From Flavisolibacter sp. (GTDB lineage: Bacteria > Bacteroidota > Bacteroidia > Chitinophagales > Chitinophagaceae): a DNA stretch of 64,000 nucleotides. A program made the position numbers and the translations under genes. Below are positions 58,816 through 64,000 of this stretch, piece by piece (positions within the stretch are counted from its first letter, which is position 1; each line of letters starts with the position of its first letter). A model generated the notes under the pieces. It made no database searches and had not been told where the DNA came from. It worked only from the letters and a program-made list of their open reading frames with translations. The stretch lies in contig JAQBNG010000127.1 in assembly GCA_028288675.1 (NCBI GenBank), forward strand, positions 21,654-85,653. Reading direction: 5' to 3'.

Positions 58816-60234
58816 ATGCTAAAAAATTATAAATATATTTTACTGATAGCGGTCCTGTTTGTAGTGATGCAAAGCTGTAAAAAAGATTACTTCGACTTAA
58901 GCGAAAACCCGAACCAGGTAACAACGCCATCGCTGGCTTCCCTGCTAAGTACGGCCACACATAAAACAGGCATCAACAATTTTAATGTTGGCAGCATCAC
59001 TTCAAATTATGTACAGTATACGGCAAATCCATCTGCCGCCGCAGCTTCTGATATTTACCAGGAAGTAGATCAATCCGGTACCTGGGATGCCTTGTATTAT
59101 GCTATGGCCGATATAAGTGACATGAAGCGACTGGCCATTCAACAAGGCTCAAGCGAGTACCTGGGAGTAGCCAATGTGCTGTTAGCTTACCATTTAAATT
59201 TAGTGAACGATTTATGGGGCAGCGCACCTTTTTCCGATGCCTTCAACTCAGCCACACTTATACCGAAATACGATACACAGGAAGACCTGTATAAAACAAG
59301 CAATGCCTTGCTGGATTCCGCTATTGCGCAATTAGCAATAACTACGGCTACATTAAAATTATCTACTACCAACGATGTCATTCATAAAGGTGTAAGAACG
59401 GCCTGGCTAAAAACAGCGTATGCATTAAAAGCAAGAAATCTAATTAAGGTGAGCAAGACAACATTGTACAATGCTGCCGCTGTTTTATCAGCAATAGATA
59501 ATTCTTATACTTCCAATGCCGATGATGCAGGTATGGCTTCATTTTTTCTAAGGAATCCATGGGCCACTGTTGCAGTAAATAATGCCGGCAACACGCTGGG
59601 AGGATGGTTATCGGAACAACTTGTAGATCATCTAAACGGCACAACCTATGGAGTATTTGATCCACGCATCAGGAAAATTACCGACCCCACTGCTGTTGCA
59701 GCAATACCATGGATTGGAACTGTTAATGGGGCTGGCAACCGCCCTCCCGGTGCTAACACCAGTAAGGATGAAAACTATATCGCTATCAGTTCTCCGTGGA
59801 CAAGTAATACAGCGCCAATACTTATTGTAACCTATGCCGAATTAAAATTTATTGAAGCAGAAGCTGCATTACCTACAAATCCGGCAAGAGCCTATTCCGC
59901 TTATTTAGCAGGAATAAACGCCAACATGGATAAGTTACAAGTGCCTGCCGGTGCGGAACGTACTGCTTATATTGCCGTTGCTTCGGTGGGTGCAGCCAGT
60001 TTAACAAGAGCTTTGATATTGAAAGAAAAATATGTTGCTACTTATCTTAACCCCGAAGCATGGAATGATGCACGCCGGTTTGATTATGCTTATAAAGATT
60101 TTACGCTGCCGGTAAATGCAGCGCTGCCAGCTTTTATCCGCAGGTTATCTTATCCTTCCGTTGAAAGAAGTGAGAATGGATCAAATATTCCAAACATTAG
60201 TTCGCAAAGCGAAAGATTGTGGTGGGATAAGTAG
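58816..60234 (+). CDS. susD: SusD/RagB family lipoprotein (pair 2)
   Basis: Lipobox MQSC, ENPNQ, WGSAPFS, EAWNDARR, RRLSYP, LWWDK. Confidence 0.9.
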   Translation: MLKNYKYILLIAVLFVVMQSCKKDYFDLSENPNQVTTPSLASLLSTATHKTGINNFNVGSITSNYVQYTANPSAAAASDIYQEVDQSGTWDALYYAMADISDMKRLAIQQGSSEYLGVANVLLAYHLNLVNDLWGSAPFSDAFNSATLIPKYDTQEDLYKTSNALLDSAIAQLAITTATLKLSTTNDVIHKGVRTAWLKTAYALKARNLIKVSKTTLYNAAAVLSAIDNSYTSNADDAGMASFFLRNPWATVAVNNAGNTLGGWLSEQLVDHLNGTTYGVFDPRIRKITDPTAVAAIPWIGTVNGAGNRPPGANTSKDENYIAISSPWTSNTAPILIVTYAELKFIEAEAALPTNPARAYSAYLAGINANMDKLQVPAGAERTAYIAVASVGAASLTRALILKEKYVATYLNPEAWNDARRFDYAYKDFTLPVNAALPAFIRRLSYPSVERSENGSNIPNISSQSERLWWDK

Positions 60235-60249
60235 AGGTAGTTGCTAGTA

Positions 60250-60293
60250 AATAATAGGTTGGTAAGTTAGAAGCTTTCCAACCTATTATTTTT
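60250..60293. terminator. 13-bp hairpin terminator between convergent genes
   Basis: AATAATAGGTTGG / CCAACCTATTATT followed by TTT. Confidence 0.7.
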
Positions 60294-60586
60294 AAGCCGG
60301 TGCAGCTTCTTTCCTTTTTCTGTGAACACTTTTATTACGCCTCTTGCCTGCATGTCATTTTTTACAGTTACGCTATACCAACCAACCCGTCAAACTTTGT
60401 TTTCTGTTGTTTGAAGCAATCCTGAATGCCTTCAGTTAATTGCGTGAAACTGATAGCCCCTTCTTTTTTCAACACATAATAAATAGCTTTTGAAAAAAGA
60501 TCATACGTGGCTTCATCAATGTTCATGCGGCCACCCGTATTTGGGTTCAGGCATTCAGTTTTTTGTGGTTTGATCGCTATTGCCAT
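60267..60586 (-). pseudogene. DUF6958-like small protein with a frameshift
   Basis: The track ORF ends ...FDGLVGIA*. Shifting frame near 60387 restores VGWYSVTVKNDMQARGVIKVFTEKGKKLHRL, matching the family pattern FDGSVxWY..TVK.D..ARG. Confidence 0.7.
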
Positions 60587-60588
60587 GA

Positions 60589-61026
60589 TTATCTTTTTTG
60601 TTGAAAGAACGATCTAATTAAAAAGGCACATTCCTCTTTCATGATGCCTTTTGTCAAGCTGGTTTTTGGATGAAAAGGCGAGGTGTCTTTTGTAATATGA
60701 AGGTACCCGTTCTTCTCATCGGAAGCACCGTACACTACGCGGCCGATCTTACTCCAATACAAAGCGCCGGCGCACATTAAACACGGTTCAACCGTAATAT
60801 AAATCGTTGCATCGGGCAGGTACTTGCTGCCTAAAAAATTAAAGGCCGATGTAAGTGCAATGATCTCAGCATGAGCCGTCGGATCGGCTAGTTTTTCTAC
60901 CTGGTTATAACCCCTGGAAATGATCTTATTATCAATCACTATAACAGCGCCAACAGGTACTTCATCGCCCTCAAATGCAGTTTGCGCCTGCCGTAAAGCC
61001 TGGGCCATAAAGTGTTCATCATTCAT
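60589..61026 (-). CDS. tadA: tRNA adenosine(34) deaminase / nucleoside deaminase
   Basis: EVPVGAV, DPTAHAE, TVEPCLMC. ATG 61026 preferred. Confidence 0.9.
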   Translation of the reverse strand: MNDEHFMAQALRQAQTAFEGDEVPVGAVIVIDNKIISRGYNQVEKLADPTAHAEIIALTSAFNFLGSKYLPDATIYITVEPCLMCAGALYWSKIGRVVYGASDEKNGYLHITKDTSPFHPKTSLTKGIMKEECAFLIRSFFQQKR

Positions 61027-61041
61027 AAAGTGAAAGTAGGA

Positions 61042-61116
61042 ACTCTTCGGCAAGCTTAGAGTAACAACAGAATATTAAACAGATGAAGAACGTCCTTAGG
61101 CTATGCTGAGGATGAC
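61042..61116 (+). repeat. Two degenerate direct copies of a CCTTCG-N-GCTCAGGRTGAC-type REP-like motif
   Basis: ACTCTTCGGCAAGCTTAGAGTAAC (61042-61065) and GTCCTTAGGCTATGCTGAGGATGAC (61092-61116). Confidence 0.5.
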
Positions 61117-61192
61117 AAGATGAATAGCAAAATGAAAGGCTGTATCAAAGAACCCCAAACCAATCTTCCTACATTTGTTTCAAATAATTTTT

Positions 61193-61540
61193 ATGGGAAT
61201 TCTTATTAAGATTTTAGTTACTGCCGTTGCTGCTTATGTAGCCGCCTACTTTTTACCCGGTGTAGCAATTGCCAGTGTGCAAAGTGCTGTTATTGTTGCA
61301 GTGGTCCTGGCCATATTAAACGCCATTTTAAAACCAATTCTTATTATTCTTACTATACCAATCACCATTCTTACCCTTGGATTATTTCTGCTTATTATCA
61401 ATATCATTATTGTAAAGCTGGCCGATTATTTTGTTGATGGCTTTACGGTGAGTAGCTGGCTCTCTGCCCTGCTTTTTAGCTTGATCGTTTCTTTGGTGAG
61501 TACTATTTTGAATGCAATTCTTAGTAAAGACAAAGATTGA
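61193..61540 (+). CDS. YvlD/DUF360-like ('phage holin family') four-TM membrane protein
   Basis: LNAILKPIL..LTIPITILTLGLFLLIIN...F.V.SW..ALLFS. A TACATTTG box lies at 61170-61177. Confidence 0.85.
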   Translation: MGILIKILVTAVAAYVAAYFLPGVAIASVQSAVIVAVVLAILNAILKPILIILTIPITILTLGLFLLIINIIIVKLADYFVDGFTVSSWLSALLFSLIVSLVSTILNAILSKDKD

Positions 61541-61949
61541 TCTTGCTATAATTTATTTTTCTTTTTAAAATTGGAATCTTTCGCAGGGCAGCCTCTTTGT
61601 TCCATTCGGCTGCCGCAGTAATCAAAGCAGGTACTTCCAATTTGCTGGTGTCGCTCATTTGATAAAGTGTAACGGAAGCTATGGAGGCCCGTGCCTTTTG
61701 CTCTAATTGTGGGAACAACTCCAGCAGATCTTTGCCACGGCAAACACAAAAATTAATGCACTCTCTACCGGCATGAATGTAACAGAACATGCCATAGTGG
61801 TGATAGAAAGGCAGGCGGAAACTAAAGCGTTCTTCAATTTGTGGTACGGTGGCAAACAACAGCTTTCTTATTGTATGCGCCGGGCTTTGTTCATTTTGGG
61901 TTAAGGCATCTATGTAATCATTTACCTTGTGGCTTGCGGTAAAATTCAT
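61521..61949 (-). CDS. DUF1801 (YdhG-like) protein
   Basis: VNDYIDAL....AHTIRKLL...P.IEERFSFRLPFY. Confidence 0.7.
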   Translation of the reverse strand: MNFTASHKVNDYIDALTQNEQSPAHTIRKLLFATVPQIEERFSFRLPFYHHYGMFCYIHAGRECINFCVCRGKDLLELFPQLEQKARASIASVTLYQMSDTSKLEVPALITAAAEWNKEAALRKIPILKRKINYSKINLCLY

Positions 61950-62024
61950 GGTAATCTAAAGTTAGGTACAGGATTTATTCATCGGTAAAGAAGGCTCACT
62001 ACATTCGCTGCTATAATTGTTCCC

Positions 62025-64000
62025 ATGACCTTTCATAGAAATAATCTTTCGGATAATGAACTGCTTTCTCTTTATAAAAATTTATTGTGGCCGCGACTGA
62101 TCGAAGAAAAAATGCTGCTGCTCCTTCGGCAGGGACGCATCTCTAAATGGTTTAGCGGCATTGGCCAGGAAGCCATTTCCGTAGGTGCAACTATGGCTTT
62201 GCAGGATGATGAATGGATCATGCCTTTGCATAGAAACCTTGGCGTATTTACATCCCGAAACATGCCTTTACATAAGCTATTTAAGCAATGGCAGGGCGCA
62301 CAGGATGGCTATAGCAAAGGGCGGGAAAGAAGCTTTCATTTTGGCAGCAAAGAACATCATATCTGCGGAATGATTTCTCATTTAGGACCCCAGCTAGCCA
62401 TTGCTGATGGTGTAGCATTAGCCTATAAATTAAAAAAGCAAAACAAAGTATCGCTTGCCTTTACAGGTGATGGAGGCACCAGCGAAGGAGATTTCCATGA
62501 AGCATTGAATACTGCTGCCGTTTGGGATTTACCTGTCATCTTTATTATTGAAAACAATGGTTATGGGTTAAGCACGCCAACAAGTGAACAATACCGCTGC
62601 GAAAGTTTAGCTGACAGGGCAAAGGGCTACGGAATGGAATCAGTCATCATTGATGGCAATAACATTCTATCAGTTTATGATACGATAAAAGGTGTTCGGG
62701 ACTATTGCATAAAAAACCAAAAACCTTATTTAATTGAGTGCCTCACCTTTCGTATGCGTGGCCACGAGGAAGCCAGCGGAACAAAGTATGTTCCGAAAGA
62801 GTTGTTTGATGCGTGGCAGGTAAAAGACCCCATTAAAAATTACGAAGAATGGCTGGTGAAAGAAGGGTTATTGAATGATGCAATTGTTGCTTCGGTACGA
62901 GAAGAAATGAAAGCAAAGATTGAACAGGAGTTAAAGATTGGGTTTGATAGTAAACCAATTGTTGTGAACGTTGAAGAGGAGTTAAAGGATATGTATTCCC
63001 CCAAGCCCCCCGAAGGGGAGTTTGCCATAGCACAGCCCTTGCTTAACCAAAATGTTTTGTTTCATACAGCTTCATCGCAAAGTAAGGAGCGTAGCGCCGA
63101 TAGCCTTCCCGACGGGAAGGTCGGGATGGGCCGTTCGTTGCGTTTGCTTGATGCCATCAAAGAAGGCTTGTTTCAATCTATGCAACAACATTCTAACCTG
63201 GTATTAATGGGACAGGACATTGCAGAATATGGCGGCGCTTTTAAAATAACCGAAGGCTTTGTGCAGGAATTTGGAAAGGCACGGGTGCGCAATACGCCAC
63301 TTTGCGAAAGCGCTATTGTTGGTGCTGCACTGGGTTTATCATTAGAAGGTTTTAAGAGTATGATGGAAATGCAGTTTGCCGATTTTGCGACTGTAGGCTT
63401 TAACCAGATCATTAACAACCTCGCAAAGATTCATTACCGGTGGGGACAAAATGCTGATGTGGTTATTCGTATGCCAACAGGCGGTGGTGTAGGCGCCGGG
63501 CCCTTTCACAGTCAAAGTAATGAAGCCTGGTTTGTACATACACCTGGATTAAAAGTGGTGTATCCATCTACGCCTTATGATGCAAAAGGTTTGCTGATCG
63601 CCGCTATTAATGATCCTAATCCGGTGATGTATTTTGAACATAAAGCGTTGTACAGAAGCATCACCGGGCAAGTGCCTTCAGATTATTATGAAGTGGAAAT
63701 TGGTAAAGCCAGAGTGGTACAAACCGGCGATGATATTTCCATTATAACCTATGGCGCCGGCGTGCATTGGGCCGAAGATTATGCGATGGAAAACACCCAT
63801 ATTTCCATTGATATTTTAGACCTCCGAACGCTACTGCCTTTAGATTATGAAGCTATTGCCGCTTCCGTTAAAAGAACCGGGAAAGTCTTGCTTTTGCATG
63901 AGGATACGATGATCGGCGGCATTGGCGGAGAGATAGCGGCATGGATTGGAGAAAACTGTTTTTCTTATTTAGATGCGCCGGTACTGCGGTGCGCTTCGCT
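62025..64000 (+). CDS. Fused alpha/beta 2-oxoacid (branched-chain-type) dehydrogenase E1; runs off the window end
   Basis: Not in the track because it has no stop in the window. Manual translation from ATG 62025: WFSGIGQEAI, TGDGGTSEGDFHEALN (ThDP motif), IENNGYGLS, RMRGHEE, then MGQDIAEYGGAFK, TPLCESAI, GPFHSQS. Frame checked continuous across the 63.0-63.1 kb linker. Confidence 0.93.
   Translation, partial: MTFHRNNLSDNELLSLYKNLLWPRLIEEKMLLLLRQGRISKWFSGIGQEAISVGATMALQDDEWIMPLHRNLGVFTSRNMPLHKLFKQWQGAQDGYSKGRERSFHFGSKEHHICGMISHLGPQLAIADGVALAYKLKKQNKVSLAFTGDGGTSEGDFHEALNTAAVWDLPVIFIIENNGYGLSTPTSEQYRCESLADRAKGYGMESVIIDGNNILSVYDTIKGVRDYCIKNQKPYLIECLTFRMRGHEEASGTKYVPKELFDAWQVKDPIKNYEEWLVKEGLLNDAIVASVREEMKAKIEQELKIGFDSKPIVVNVEEELKDMYSPKPPEGEFAIAQPLLNQNVLFHTASSQSKERSADSLPDGKVGMGRSLRLLDAIKEGLFQSMQQHSNLVLMGQDIAEYGGAFKITEGFVQEFGKARVRNTPLCESAIVGAALGLSLEGFKSMMEMQFADFATVGFNQIINNLAKIHYRWGQNADVVIRMPTGGGVGAGPFHSQSNEAWFVHTPGLKVVYPSTPYDAKGLLIAAINDPNPVMYFEHKALYRSITGQVPSDYYEVEIGKARVVQTGDDISIITYGAGVHWAEDYAMENTHISIDILDLRTLLPLDYEAIAASVKRTGKVLLLHEDTMIGGIGGEIAAWIGENCFSYLDAPVLRCAS
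62998..63130 (+). repeat. GC-rich hairpin-ended miniature element translated in frame within the E1 alpha/beta linker
   Basis: Left end CCCCCAAGCCCCCCGAAGGGGAG; right end CCTTCCC-GAC-GGGAAGG-TCGGGATGGG. Encodes SPKPPEGEF...SLPDGKVGMG. Confidence 0.65.

Noticed and set aside
61193-61540. Prophage suggested by a 'phage holin family' protein
   Set aside because: The YvlD/DUF360-like family is a common chromosomal membrane protein. No endolysin, integrase or structural phage genes are nearby.
1-64000. rRNA, tRNA, transposase or integrase genes
   Set aside because: None recognised by eye. A tRNAscan-SE/Infernal/ISEScan run would be needed to exclude small ncRNAs formally.

Overview
A 64-kb chromosomal segment from a Bacteroidota bacterium. 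A Chitinophagaceae-like lineage is inferred from the SusC/SusD pairs, an IPExxxVDY gene, TAnnTTTG promoter boxes and A-rich translation starts. Most of the window is housekeeping and envelope genes: arfB, dtd, feoB, selD-selU, rho, asnS, gcvT, sodA, tadA, a SWIM-SNF2 helicase, PadR-PspC, two tandem SusC/SusD pairs and a fused 2-oxoacid dehydrogenase E1. At 2.5-10.6 kb there is a stress/signalling island: a [2Fe-2S] nucleotidyl cyclase with a guanylate-cyclase-type Glu, a stand-alone LigD ligase, a kaiC-kaiB-kaiB-PAS kinase operon without kaiA, and a YciF-like ferritin. The most striking unannotated layer is a set of miniature hairpin/repeat elements. These are 7-bp-periodic inverted repeats (one bracketing a decayed four-helix-bundle gene, two translated in frame inside selU), a GGATTAGCA-type inverted-repeat element carrying the probable gcvT promoter box, a GC-rich hairpin element translated in the E1 alpha/beta linker, and two CTTCG..GCTCAGGATGAC-like relics. 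Three genes carry lesions: Fic and the four-helix-bundle relic have in-frame stops, and a DUF6958-like gene has a frameshift. No rRNA, tRNA, CRISPR array, transposase or prophage was seen. Family assignments come from motif recognition by eye, not from database searches. Where I moved a start codon relative to the ORF track, the evidence field says so.
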